Origin: Nostoc sp. DedSLP01
Lineage (GTDB): Bacteria > Cyanobacteriota > Cyanobacteriia > Cyanobacteriales > Nostocaceae
Length of the DNA: 64,000 bases
Direction: 5' to 3'
Assembly (NCBI GenBank): GCA_034530875.2
Contig: JAVRCJ020000011.1
Coordinates: 128,001-192,000 of the forward strand
Positions 7,979 through 17,688 of this stretch are shown here, piece by piece. Position 1 is the stretch's first letter. Every line of letters starts with the position of its first letter. The notes beneath the pieces were generated by a model, which was not told where the DNA came from, made no database searches, and saw nothing but the letters and a program-made list of their open reading frames with translations. The translations under genes and the position numbers were made by a program.

Positions 7979-9841
7979 CTAAATGGCTTGCAAATTAGTT
8001 GTTTGCAGATTAGTTGTTTGCAAATTATAAGAATTTAATTCTCTAAGCATTTCCTCAGCAGCCCTAAAGCTCAGGGCAGCAATGGTCAATGTTGTATTTG
8101 AACTGCCTATGGTTGGCATACTTCCTGCACCAACGAGGAAAAGATTTTGATGCTCCCAACAACGTAGATAACTATCAACAACTGAAGTGGATGGGGTAGC
8201 TCCCATGATATGAGTTCCCGAAAAGTGGTTCCCACCTTTGTATACGTAACCTTCACCTTCAAACTCAAAGTAGGCGGGGTCTTGAGGATCGTAGTGGGTA
8301 AAATCTTCTGCTCCTAAACGTTGGAAGATGACACGAGAGACTTTTCTGGTGTAGGCAAGGGTTCTGCGGCTGTAGTCGGGTAGGTTGAAGTTAATGACGG
8401 GGCGATAATTATCGAGTTTATCTTTGTACCTTGGATCGATGGTTACTCGGTTACCGTATTCGGGGAGTAATTCACACATGAAAGCCAATAGCAGTTGGCG
8501 GGAAATCCGACTAATCAATGTCTGGCGGAGTTCTTGACCGTATTTGTTTTTGTTGTCGATCGCATCTTCGACTTCACCCTTGGGCGATCCTGTTGCCCAT
8601 CCCCAACCATCATTGTGAATATCTACGGCGAAGGCAGATTGTTTTGCACGAAAATCGCCTTTACGGAATGTTCCGATACCTGATGTCACCAGAGGCCCCC
8701 GCATAGTACCGGTCACTTCCGGCATCAAAGCCCAAGCTAAGGTAAAAGGGTGATCCATTAAATGTCGCCCTATCATTGTGCTGGTATTAGGTAACTCAGA
8801 ACCGAGCAATAGCCGAGCGTTTTCGACTGCATTAGTCCCTAAGACAAATAATGTTCCTCTAGCGATTCCTGTAGTGTACTTACTAGAATCGGGGCTTTCA
8901 TAACGCTTAAAGTGAATTCCAGTGACCTGACCATTTTCGCGATTATATTCCACCCGATAAGCAACCGCTTGATAGAGTACATGAACCCGACCGGTTGCAA
9001 AGGCTTTACCTAAAGTTCTGCGCGCATCATATTTTGCTTGAACCGGACAGATAGGAACACAGTTAGCGTTTCCTTGGCAACGTTCTCCATACTGAACCGA
9101 AGGAACACTGGTTACTCCATCAGGAACGAAGCGGTTACCATCATCGTATTTAGGATTGGGTACTCCATTACGAGCTTGAGGAAAAGTAGAGAAGTTGATT
9201 GTATGGGTCTTCCCATATAGTTCAACTGTAGTCCCTTCAACTTTCTCAATCACTTTCTGGTCTAAGTAAGAGGGAGGCAGTTTTTCCATCGGGAAAACAT
9301 AACCATCTGGAAATTCGATGCCTAATTTTTTTTGCTCTTCAACGTCCCCACAAACCCCCAATTCGTGTTCGGCTTTGCGGTAGTAAGGCTCAAGGTCTTT
9401 ATATTCAATCGGCCAATCCAGACCTTGGCCGTAGTTACTTAATAACTTAAAATCTTCCGGTAACATCCGTGGGGTTTTTGCTTCCCAGTGCATCGTTGTG
9501 CCGCCCAGAACCCTTGTATAGGAACCGGAAAGAGGCATGGGGCCTAGCTCTATAAAATAGTCTTTAAAATCGGTAGGGCTTTGAACGTTGGGGTTAGCAG
9601 GATAGGGTGAGTTAGGATTTTTCTCTACTGCTTTGTAGAAGGTCTCGACATAACTTTGAAAGCCGGCAAGGGTAAAATCTTTTTCTACCGTAGCTTCCAG
9701 AATTAAAACCCTCTTGCCCTGTTGACTTAATTCTTTGGCAACAATGGCTCCAGCTACCCCCGTTCCTACAATGACGGCATCATACAAATTTTTAGAGGCA
9801 GTCTCAGAATCGACACTTACAATTGTGTGATTTAGGCTCAT
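7979..9841 (-). CDS. GMC-family FAD oxidoreductase (sugar dehydrogenase catalytic subunit)
   Basis: GTGVAG Rossmann motif, LGGTTMHW, Cys cluster RCQGNANCVPICP, HFSGTHIMG and SNTTLT; AGGAG SD. Confidence 0.92.
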   Translation of the reverse strand: MSLNHTIVSVDSETASKNLYDAVIVGTGVAGAIVAKELSQQGKRVLILEATVEKDFTLAGFQSYVETFYKAVEKNPNSPYPANPNVQSPTDFKDYFIELGPMPLSGSYTRVLGGTTMHWEAKTPRMLPEDFKLLSNYGQGLDWPIEYKDLEPYYRKAEHELGVCGDVEEQKKLGIEFPDGYVFPMEKLPPSYLDQKVIEKVEGTTVELYGKTHTINFSTFPQARNGVPNPKYDDGNRFVPDGVTSVPSVQYGERCQGNANCVPICPVQAKYDARRTLGKAFATGRVHVLYQAVAYRVEYNRENGQVTGIHFKRYESPDSSKYTTGIARGTLFVLGTNAVENARLLLGSELPNTSTMIGRHLMDHPFTLAWALMPEVTGTMRGPLVTSGIGTFRKGDFRAKQSAFAVDIHNDGWGWATGSPKGEVEDAIDNKNKYGQELRQTLISRISRQLLLAFMCELLPEYGNRVTIDPRYKDKLDNYRPVINFNLPDYSRRTLAYTRKVSRVIFQRLGAEDFTHYDPQDPAYFEFEGEGYVYKGGNHFSGTHIMGATPSTSVVDSYLRCWEHQNLFLVGAGSMPTIGSSNTTLTIAALSFRAAEEMLRELNSYNLQTTNLQTTNLQAI

Positions 9842-10716
9842 CGATTACTCCTTAAAAGTTACTCTTTGACGCGAATCTATTTGGTTAAATGTATCTCTAG
9901 ATAGGGAGAGGAGTTTTGCTTGAGCAATATCATTATTTAAAGCTGGCTCGATCGCGGATCTACACTGACGAACTTCTTTTAGCGCTGCAAGCAACTTCTT
10001 GAATAAAAGTCCGTAAGTCTATACTTGTCATAAAGTTTAGTAAGACTCTCGCGTACTAACTCTAATTCCACTAAATAGGAAGATAGCAGAGCAAATTTAT
10101 CTTGCCAAAATGAAGATGATTTTAGTAGTCAAGTTCTGGATTTGTAGATGAATTGTGTCTTTTGTTTACAAACTTTGTAATTTATGTCTTTGAAAACGAC
10201 ATTTATTATCATCACCGTAAATATCCGGTTGTCCATCAGTAATTCTACGTAAATAGGCGTGGAATATACGCATAGCTGCCGTGTCTTTCTTTGTTAATGC
10301 TTTTCAGACAAAGGTTAACGCTATTGTTAATTTTTCCTTAGGATATAAAAGTCTAAGTTTAGATAAATTCTTATAAAATTTATAACTTTTACTTGTAATC
10401 AGCCTCTAACACTGGTAGTAAACGAATTTTTACATAAGTGTTTTTTTAAATAAATTTGTCTTAGCATATCCGAGATTAGCTTTAGGTAATCTTTATATTA
10501 AGTCTGGTTAAATAGCGTTGAAGAAAAAAAGAAATGTGCATCGATCGCTATGACTTAGCAATACCGAAACTTGTAAAAGACGTGTCTGAAATATTAAATT
10601 ATTACAAAAAAAATCGGTAAAAGCTTAATTATGTGTGTGGCGTTTTTCTATATATTTTGATTATTGCGATCGCTACTAGCATCCTAACTTATCTGGGGAT
10701 CGCTATAAAATCTAAG

Positions 10717-11265
10717 TTAATTGGCTTGCCTCCATTCACGCTCAAGAATTGCATATAGCCAAGAGTCTCTCCATTCTCCTTTAATGCAATGGTGTTCTCG
10801 TAAATATCCTTCTTGTTGCATTCCAACTTTTTGCATTACTCTTGCTGAAGCAATGTTTGCTGGGTGACAAGTTGCAAAGATGCGATGTAAGCCTAATTCC
10901 TGAAACCCAAAGCATATAATCTCTCTGACGGCTTCAGTTGCATATCCTTGCCCCCAAAATTGCTTTGCCAAACAATAGCCAATGGAGGCTGTTTTGTTAA
11001 CAGTGTCTAAAGTCGAAATTCGACAAATACCGATTAATTGCTTTTGAGCTTTTAAAGTCACTGCCAAAGCAAAATGCTGACGGGTTTCCTGTCTTTGTAA
11101 TGAAATCTCTCTTTGCAAAAAATTCCTCGTATCTGCTTCGCTATTAGGCCCAAAAGTCAAATAACGTACAACCTCAGCATCGCCAGCGTATTCATGAACC
11201 GCCAGCCAATCTGATTCTACGAAGTCTCGCAGTATCAAACGTTCGGTTTGTAAGGGTAACTTCAT
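10717..11265 (-). CDS. GNAT N-acetyltransferase (RimJ/RimL family)
   Basis: TERLILR, IGYCL..FWGQGYATEA and NIASARVMQKVGM motifs; ATGA overlap with murF. Confidence 0.9.
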   Translation of the reverse strand: MKLPLQTERLILRDFVESDWLAVHEYAGDAEVVRYLTFGPNSEADTRNFLQREISLQRQETRQHFALAVTLKAQKQLIGICRISTLDTVNKTASIGYCLAKQFWGQGYATEAVREIICFGFQELGLHRIFATCHPANIASARVMQKVGMQQEGYLREHHCIKGEWRDSWLYAILEREWRQAN

Positions 11266-12617
11266 TTGGCATATTCTGCACGTAAGTGATTCACAACCCG
11301 ATCTAATCCTACTGAATGGGCGGCTTTGAACAGTAAGCGATCGCCTGTTTGCATAAATGTCTTTAACCTGGACGTTAATTCCTCATGAGTTGCAAAGCAC
11401 TCCGATGGAATACCTGCGGCACTTTTAGCAATGGCTTCGGCGTCTTCTCCATCTACTAATACTAACAAGCCGTCTAAGTTCAACTTTCGCACTGTTTCTC
11501 CGACTCGCTGGTGCAACTGCTGCGATCGCTCTCCTAATTCTTTCATTGCACCCAACACGGCAATTTTCCGCTTTCCTGGCGTATCTGCCAATAATTGCAA
11601 TGCTGCTAACATCGCTTCTGGTGCAGCATTATATGTCTCATCTAAAATTACCACATCATTGGGTAAATTAAATCGCTGCGATCGCCCTTTAGGCATATCC
11701 ACTTCCACACCTGCTTGCAGGCTGGCCCAATCTATTCCCAAGACTTTTGCTACTGCTAAAGCCGCTAAGAAATTAGTCGCATTGTGACGGCCGGGTAACG
11801 GTAATGGCAGCCGCATTCCGGCAACTTCTACAGTTTCGTTATCAATCAAATTTCCTGAGATATCGCCGCCAGAAAAGCCGTAAGTCAGAACTTCTCCCGT
11901 CCAAACTTTCGCCGCCGTCGCCATTAATAGCGGATTGTCATGATTGAGAACCGCCACACTATCAGTAGGCATTTCGGCTAATAACTCACATTTTGCCTCG
12001 GCAATGGCTTCTTCGGAACCGAGTAATTCAATATGTGCGGTTCCCACATTGGTAATTACCCCGACAGTAGGACGCACTATTTGTGTCAGTTCGGCAATTT
12101 GTCCCCTACCCCGCATTGCCATTTCAATTACAGCGTAGTCATGTTCTGTACCTAGTTCGAGGAGAGTTTTCGGAACGCCGATTTCGTTATTAAAATTGCC
12201 ATAAGTTTTGTGAACCGATCCTTTTGTCCGTAAAACTGCGGCAATTAATTCTTTAGTAGTAGTTTTACCTACGGAACCTGTGACGCCAATTACAGGAATA
12301 TCAAAGCGATCGCGCCACCAGCGGCCAATTTGCTGATATGCTTTGAGAGTATCTTTTACTTGCAATACCGGAAATCCCGGATTTTCATACTCAAAATCTA
12401 CAATTGCGGCGATCGCACCCTTAGAGATAGCTGTTGGCACAAATTCATGTCCATCAAATTTATCGCCTCGTAAAGCCACAAATACTTCACCCGGCTTGAG
12501 AATACGAGTATCTGTTTGTATACCGCTACTTACTTGTGTTAAATCAGTGTTACCTAAGTTTACGGCACGAGCCAAAAGAACTTTAATTAGTTGAGTAAGG
12601 GTGGCAGAACAAGGCAT
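11262..12617 (-). CDS. murF: UDP-N-acetylmuramoyl-tripeptide--D-Ala-D-Ala ligase
   Basis: GVTGSVGKTTTKE, GNFNNEIGVP, ETYNAAPE and LGAMKELG motifs; likely start ATG 12617. Confidence 0.95.
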   Translation of the reverse strand: MPCSATLTQLIKVLLARAVNLGNTDLTQVSSGIQTDTRILKPGEVFVALRGDKFDGHEFVPTAISKGAIAAIVDFEYENPGFPVLQVKDTLKAYQQIGRWWRDRFDIPVIGVTGSVGKTTTKELIAAVLRTKGSVHKTYGNFNNEIGVPKTLLELGTEHDYAVIEMAMRGRGQIAELTQIVRPTVGVITNVGTAHIELLGSEEAIAEAKCELLAEMPTDSVAVLNHDNPLLMATAAKVWTGEVLTYGFSGGDISGNLIDNETVEVAGMRLPLPLPGRHNATNFLAALAVAKVLGIDWASLQAGVEVDMPKGRSQRFNLPNDVVILDETYNAAPEAMLAALQLLADTPGKRKIAVLGAMKELGERSQQLHQRVGETVRKLNLDGLLVLVDGEDAEAIAKSAAGIPSECFATHEELTSRLKTFMQTGDRLLFKAAHSVGLDRVVNHLRAEYAK

Positions 12618-12743
12618 AAATACAGAGTTCAAAATTATAAAATCGAATTATGACACAATCCAGTTAATACCGCTTCTGGTTTACAGTAATTTTCAGCTAA
12701 GCTGTTGACGGTTGACAGTCAACATTTATATGTGAGGATAAAA

Positions 12744-13223
12744 ATGGCTGAAGATATTAGTCAAACAACAGCTTTAACACAACAGTGGTTGGCAGAAATT
12801 CAGACACTCAAACAGCAGATAGTGGAACTTCAACAAGAACGCGATGCTGGTTGGGAAAGTGCCCAAAAATGGCGTCAGCTATATAATACAGAAGCAGAAC
12901 AACGACGCACAGATGCTCAATTATCCCAACAAGCGATCGCATCTCTCAAGGCCGATTTGCATAAACTCCAAGGTCTAGAGACAGAAACCTTGGCTGTCGC
13001 ACCAGCCACAGCCATCCAAGAAGAAATAGAACAATTACAATCTGTCGAAGAATTGCAAGCCAAATTAATCGCTGCTATCAAAGAACGCGATCGCCTTTTG
13101 CAAGCCTTAAAAACCGAACAAGACAACCACGCTCAAACCCGTAAAAGCCTTACTACTGCCTTAGGTGATGCGATCGATAGCTTAACACAGGAACGAGCAG
13201 CCAGAGCAGGGGAGACAAAGTAG
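12744..13223 (+). CDS. Coiled-coil hypothetical protein
   Basis: Q/E/L-rich heptads; ATG 12744 with a GAGG SD. Confidence 0.75.
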   Translation: MAEDISQTTALTQQWLAEIQTLKQQIVELQQERDAGWESAQKWRQLYNTEAEQRRTDAQLSQQAIASLKADLHKLQGLETETLAVAPATAIQEEIEQLQSVEELQAKLIAAIKERDRLLQALKTEQDNHAQTRKSLTTALGDAIDSLTQERAARAGETK

Positions 13224-13349
13224 CATAACTAATACATACAATAAGACTTCTATTTATTTAGACCACATACTCATATTCCTCTCTGCGACTCTGCGCCTCT
13301 GCGCGAGCAAAAACTGCCCGAATATCGGGTATTTTGGAGTCGGAAATAT

Positions 13350-14471
13350 TTAGCTTAACTGACTGCGAAACTTATTAATACTAATAGTTAATAAAACAAC
13401 AGCAAAGGCAACTAACGCCAAAACATTCATCCAAAGTACATCTAAGCCGACACCTTTGAGCAAAATACCGCGAACGATCGCAATATAGTGGCGTAGGGGA
13501 TTGAGTAAGGAAAGAACTTGAAACAAAGGAGGCATAGCTTCAATGGGTGCGATCGCTCCAGAAGTTTGTACCATTGGTAAATTAATAAAGAAGGATGTCA
13601 GGACTACCTGTTGTTGCGAACTACTCACTGTCGCTAACATAATACCCAAGCTAATCCCGACAAATACATACATACTTGATAGGGTCAAAAATAGTAGAAA
13701 ACTACCCCGAAATGGTACGTGAAATACTACTGTTGCTAATGTAATAGCTAGTAAGACATCTCCCATTAATAAAAATGTTAAAGGAAGAATTTTTGATAAT
13801 AATATCTGCCAGTTAGCAGCCGGAGTCATTAATAATTGTTCTAAAGTACCCGTATCTTTTTCCCTAACAACGGTAATTGCTGATACTAACGTGCCAATTA
13901 ATGTTAAAACTAAACCCATAACTCCCGGTACAAAAAACCAACTACTAGTTAATCCGGGGTTGTAAAGAAACACAACTTCCGGCAACACTGGCGGATTTGT
14001 TTGACCTTGGGTTAATTGCAGATTATATTTTTGGATAATTTGATTCATATAATTGCTTGCAATTCCCGCTGTATTAGCATTTACAGCATCGATAAATACT
14101 TGAATTTCTGCTGATTTTTGTGCTAATTGGCGGGGAAAATTAGGAGGAATAATCACTCCGACATCTAGCTTACCTTCTTCTACTTCACGGCTCAGTATTT
14201 CTTCACTATTTGGTACAGATTCTAAGGTAAAAATTCGATTTGATGTCATGGCTGAAACTAACTCCCGGCTTTCACTGACGTTGGCATAGTCAATCACGCC
14301 TAATCTCAAGTTATGTACATCAGGATTGAGGATAAAGCCATACAATAATAATTGAACTGTCGGCGGTACAATTAATAAAACGATTAGTTGTTTGTTACGC
14401 AAAATTTGATTAATTTCTTTCCGTACTAATGCCCAAAATGGACTGTCAAATAATCGCTGAATGAGTTTCAT
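13350..14471 (-). CDS. ABC-2 exporter permease (YbhR-like)
   Basis: VREKDTGTLEQLLMTP, YNPGL and NPLRHYI motifs. Confidence 0.9.
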   Translation of the reverse strand: MKLIQRLFDSPFWALVRKEINQILRNKQLIVLLIVPPTVQLLLYGFILNPDVHNLRLGVIDYANVSESRELVSAMTSNRIFTLESVPNSEEILSREVEEGKLDVGVIIPPNFPRQLAQKSAEIQVFIDAVNANTAGIASNYMNQIIQKYNLQLTQGQTNPPVLPEVVFLYNPGLTSSWFFVPGVMGLVLTLIGTLVSAITVVREKDTGTLEQLLMTPAANWQILLSKILPLTFLLMGDVLLAITLATVVFHVPFRGSFLLFLTLSSMYVFVGISLGIMLATVSSSQQQVVLTSFFINLPMVQTSGAIAPIEAMPPLFQVLSLLNPLRHYIAIVRGILLKGVGLDVLWMNVLALVAFAVVLLTISINKFRSQLS

Positions 14472-14488
14472 AAATGAAAATTGAAGAT

Positions 14489-15595
14489 TTAATTAGGTAA
14501 TTGCATTCGGCTTAAGACTCGACGCGATACATTGAAAAAGAATAATCCCAAAACTGTCAGCATAATTAAATCAAACCAAACTCCTGCAAATCCTGTACCG
14601 CGTACAAAGGCATCACGAGTAATATCAATGTAATAACGCGCTGGAACTACGTTAGGCGCTAGCGATAGGGGAAAAGGAATATTGTTAAGGGGATAAATAA
14701 AACCTGAGAGTAATAATGATGTGATAAAACCTACGAGAGAAACACCTTGTACGGCTGCATTTTGGTTACTGCTACGAACTCCTAATAATAATCCGAAGAA
14801 AATGCTGTCTGCCAAAAATAGTAAAGTACCAAGTAGTAATGTTATAGGATTGCCGGCTATACCAACTTGGAAAATAATTGAGCCTAATCCCATAACTATT
14901 AAAGTCTCGGCAATGCCAATTAATAAATATGCCAATCCTTTTCCAAGCAGTAGTTCGGTAGCACTAATACTAGAAGCATAAACTTGTAAAATTGTACCTT
15001 TTTCTTTTTCTCGCACCATTGCGATCGCCGCTAATAATGAAGGAAAAATCCACAGTACAACCCCATACACTCCCGGCACAATATACAGCGATTCTAATCT
15101 CCCAGGATTGAACCATAAACGCATTCGTGCTGTAATTATATTCGTAGTAGGTAAGAGTCCATGCTCTTGCATGAAAAAATTTGTGACTCTTTGAATACTA
15201 TTTCTAATTACCCGAGCATTGTTAACATCAGTGGCATCGATTAATACTTGAACTTTTGTACTTCTACCTGCTTGAATGTCGCGGCTAAATTCTGTGGGAA
15301 TAATGACGGCAGCTTTGGCAATTCCCTTATCTATGGCATCGCGTGCGGGATTGATGCCAGACCATTGTTGAGGTAAAAACTGATTTGTGGCATACAATCT
15401 TTCGATGTAGCTATAACTTAAGTTTGTGCGATTAAAATCTTGGACTACGAGGGTAATATCTTTACTCTCTAATCTAATAGCAAAACCAAAGACGATGAGA
15501 GTGATAAACGGCAAGATAAATGCTAAGGCTAAGGTGAGGCGATCGCGGCGAAATTGGGCTATTTCTTTAATACATTGGCTCAAAATTCTTTTCAT
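14489..15595 (-). CDS. ABC-2 exporter permease (YbhS-like)
   Basis: RDRLTL, WFNPG, REKEKGT and LLSGFIYP motifs. Confidence 0.9.
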   Translation of the reverse strand: MKRILSQCIKEIAQFRRDRLTLALAFILPFITLIVFGFAIRLESKDITLVVQDFNRTNLSYSYIERLYATNQFLPQQWSGINPARDAIDKGIAKAAVIIPTEFSRDIQAGRSTKVQVLIDATDVNNARVIRNSIQRVTNFFMQEHGLLPTTNIITARMRLWFNPGRLESLYIVPGVYGVVLWIFPSLLAAIAMVREKEKGTILQVYASSISATELLLGKGLAYLLIGIAETLIVMGLGSIIFQVGIAGNPITLLLGTLLFLADSIFFGLLLGVRSSNQNAAVQGVSLVGFITSLLLSGFIYPLNNIPFPLSLAPNVVPARYYIDITRDAFVRGTGFAGVWFDLIMLTVLGLFFFNVSRRVLSRMQLPN

Positions 15596-15666
15596 ATATG
15601 CTAATTTTTAAACGCAAAGTAACGCGGAGGTTGGCGCAGAGTAACGCGGAGGAGATTGGAGGATTA

Positions 15667-17640
15667 TTAGTGATTTACAAGATTGTTATCTGTTTGCGAT
15701 CGCTGTACTATACCAATAAAAGAATCTTCTAAAGAAAAGGGAATAGAACGTAGAGAATTGATGGTAATTTGATTGGCTGCTAAAATTTGAGTTAGTTGAT
15801 TGATTTCTAGTTCGGGATTATCTAGAACAATGTGTAAACTATCAGCAAAAATCGAGACGCGCCACGATTCAAAGTGTTGTTTGAGTATTTTAGAAGCAGC
15901 TTGATTTTGGTTGACGATAACTTCTATTAGTTTCCCTGGTTGTGAGGCTTTGATAGAACTTGGGGAACCTTCAGCGACGGTTTCCCCTGCAACCATGAAA
16001 CTCATACGGTTACACTGTTCGGCTTCTTCTAGATAGTGCGTTGTCACTAAAATAGCTGTACCGTTACGGGCGAAGTCATTAATCAGTTTCCAAAACTGGC
16101 GACGGGCTAAGGGATCTACCCCTGATGTTGGTTCATCTAAAAATAAAATATCTGGTTCGTGCATGACTGAAGCACCAAAGGCAACTCGTTGTTTCCAACC
16201 TCCGGGTAGCTGTCCGGCGACGGTATTTTCTTGTCCTTCTAAGCCACAGGTAGCAATTACCCAATTAATCTTTTCTCGTCGGAGTTTGCGAGGTACGCCG
16301 TAAACTCCGCTATAAAATTCTAAGTTTTGCAAAATGCTTAAATCGTCGTAGAGGGTGAATTTTTGACTCATGTAACCTATGCGCCGCCGTAAGTCTGCAC
16401 TCCGCAAATTCCCAGTTTCACCACCCAAAGAAATTTCCCCGCCGCTTGCTTCTAACAACCCGCATAACATCTTAATTGTGGTAGTTTTTCCCGCACCGTT
16501 AGCGCCTAATAACCCAAAAATTTCGCCATAACGCACTTCGACGTTAACATTTTTCACAGCTTGAAACTTGCCAAAAATACGGCTAAGGTTACAAGCCGAT
16601 ATCGCTAATGAAGATGTATCTATTCCCCCTTCCCAGCGTCCCCTCTTGCGAGAACGAGGAAATGGAAAAAATTGCGGTGCGGAACCCTGTTGTCGTAGGC
16701 GCGTGACAAAGACGTTTTCTAATGTAGGTTCGCCATGCTCGATACTAGGGGAGGATAAATTATTTTGTTGCAGTAATTTGCGGACTGCGGTTTCGCCGGA
16801 GTTGAAATCTGGAACCAGAACATCCAAGCGATCGCCAAAAGTTTGCACATCTACTATATTTGTCTGGTTAACCTGGGAAAGTATTTGTTCTGTGGTTTCT
16901 AAGTTTGCCGTTCGCACTTCTAAACGATGCAAGCCTAAGTTAGTCCGTAAGTCTGCTGGCGTACCGATTTCATGAATTTGGCCGCTGTACATTAAAGCCA
17001 CGCGATGACAGCGTTCGGCTTCGTCTAGGTATGGTGTGGCGACTACAATTGTCATGCCCTCGGCTGATAGTTCCGCTAGCACATCCCAAAATTCCCGCCG
17101 GGAAACAGGATCGACACCAGTGGTAGGTTCATCTAGTAACAATACTTCTGGTTGAGAAACTAACGCACAACACAGCGCCAGTTTTTGTTTCATCCCACCA
17201 GAAAGTTGTCCCGCTAAGCGATCGCCAAATCGCTCTAAATTCATTAATTTTAAATATTTCTGGCGGCGTTGCTGTAACAAATTTTCTGGTACTTGCCGTA
17301 AACCTGATGCATAACGCAAGTTTTCATCAATACTCAAATCCAAGTACAGCGAAAACTGCTGAGTGAGATATCCAGTCATTAATCGCGCATCTCGTGCGGG
17401 TCGATCGAAAATTTTCACTTCTCCCGCCGTTGCTTCCATCACACCACTCAAAATGTGAAAGGTACTAGTTTTCCCTGCACCATCAGGGCCAATTAATCCA
17501 AACAATTCGCCTTTGCGGACAGTGAAATCAATTCCCCTGACAGCAGCTAATTTCCCATAGTGCTTATGCAAACCGCGAACTTGAATTGCTGTGGTGGAAG
17601 TTGGGGATAAGTTTGCAGAGATTGTGAGTGGCTGTTTCAT
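15667..17640 (-). CDS. ABC exporter ATPase with two nucleotide-binding domains (YbhF-like)
   Basis: GPDGAGKT and GANGAGKT Walker A motifs, LSGGMKQK, two LDEPT motifs. Confidence 0.93.
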   Translation of the reverse strand: MKQPLTISANLSPTSTTAIQVRGLHKHYGKLAAVRGIDFTVRKGELFGLIGPDGAGKTSTFHILSGVMEATAGEVKIFDRPARDARLMTGYLTQQFSLYLDLSIDENLRYASGLRQVPENLLQQRRQKYLKLMNLERFGDRLAGQLSGGMKQKLALCCALVSQPEVLLLDEPTTGVDPVSRREFWDVLAELSAEGMTIVVATPYLDEAERCHRVALMYSGQIHEIGTPADLRTNLGLHRLEVRTANLETTEQILSQVNQTNIVDVQTFGDRLDVLVPDFNSGETAVRKLLQQNNLSSPSIEHGEPTLENVFVTRLRQQGSAPQFFPFPRSRKRGRWEGGIDTSSLAISACNLSRIFGKFQAVKNVNVEVRYGEIFGLLGANGAGKTTTIKMLCGLLEASGGEISLGGETGNLRSADLRRRIGYMSQKFTLYDDLSILQNLEFYSGVYGVPRKLRREKINWVIATCGLEGQENTVAGQLPGGWKQRVAFGASVMHEPDILFLDEPTSGVDPLARRQFWKLINDFARNGTAILVTTHYLEEAEQCNRMSFMVAGETVAEGSPSSIKASQPGKLIEVIVNQNQAASKILKQHFESWRVSIFADSLHIVLDNPELEINQLTQILAANQITINSLRSIPFSLEDSFIGIVQRSQTDNNLVNH

Positions 17641-17688
17641 ATCTGAAAATTCTCACGTAGAGACGCACAAAGGTAAGAGTTTGACGAA

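Noticed and set aside
7985..8030. NLQTT tandem repeat at the GMC C-terminus
   Set aside because: Short 15-bp slippage in the tail, probably neutral.
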